From Phoronis australis (Eukaryota > Animalia > Phoronida), in contig NMRA01000054.1 in NCBI GenBank assembly GCA_002633005.1, positions 813,596 to 877,595 on the forward strand: a stretch of 64,000 nucleotides of DNA. Direction: 5' to 3'. Positions 63,764-64,000 of the stretch are shown here, piece after piece. The position numbers were made by a program, and so were the translations under genes. A model generated the notes under the pieces. That model had not been told where the DNA came from and ran no database searches. It worked only from the letters and a program-made list of their open reading frames with translations. The stretch's first letter is position 1; each line of letters starts with the position of its first letter.

Positions 63764-64000
63764 AGGAGAATGCCACCCGATTTAATTAGTCTTTTTTCCA
63801 GTCTTAATCGGTCTGTATCTACATCGCCTCATATACGGTCGACCTTACCTTGCCAAGAGGTGTCGCGTTAACTTGTGAGGAAGGTGAGAAAAGACGCTAG
63901 CGACGTCAGTGGTTCAGATGCAGAGTGAATGCAAAGACGCTAACAAGACTATTCACCAAGGCCGCCGCCATTATTGTGTCATGGACCGTGGCGACACCTA
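63764..64000 (+). mobile_element. Left end of a second copy of the 8991 Kolobok family (end not determined; may run off the window)
   Basis: TTAA followed by AGGAGAATGCCACCCGATTTAATTAGTC; similar to 8991-9155 for ~165 bp, then diverges. Confidence 0.8.

Overview
AT-rich, intron-containing eukaryotic DNA, probably from a marine invertebrate (the taxon is an inference). I reconstructed three spliced protein-coding genes by hand, and splice phases agree at every junction. (1) + strand, 3296-19988: an espin/forked-like actin-bundling gene with 8 exons and ~771 aa. It has eroded ankyrin-like sequence, poly-proline tracts, three tandem WH2 motifs and C-terminal PxWK..LL modules. (2) - strand, 29133-22663: a small secreted prepro-peptide gene with 2 coding exons and ~103 aa. 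It has a signal peptide and KR/RR sites, matches no family I can assign, and appears in the ORF track only as its last exon. (3) + strand, 45277-61758: a complete M13 neprilysin/ECE-like metallopeptidase with 17 exons and ~812 aa, carrying [13 protein letters not shown] and a CSVW end, and two consecutive GC-AG introns. Introns and intergenic DNA hold several TTAA-flanked Kolobok-type DNA transposon derivatives with THAP and KolX/P2X7-ballast-like remnants. One of these is built from two left ends. There are also Harbinger-like and GC-rich MITEs, microsatellites and possible Penelope-type minimal hammerheads. A 1.68-kb tandem duplication across a single N is probably an assembly artefact. No rRNA, tRNA or CRISPR array was seen. 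All family assignments come from motif recognition, not database searches.
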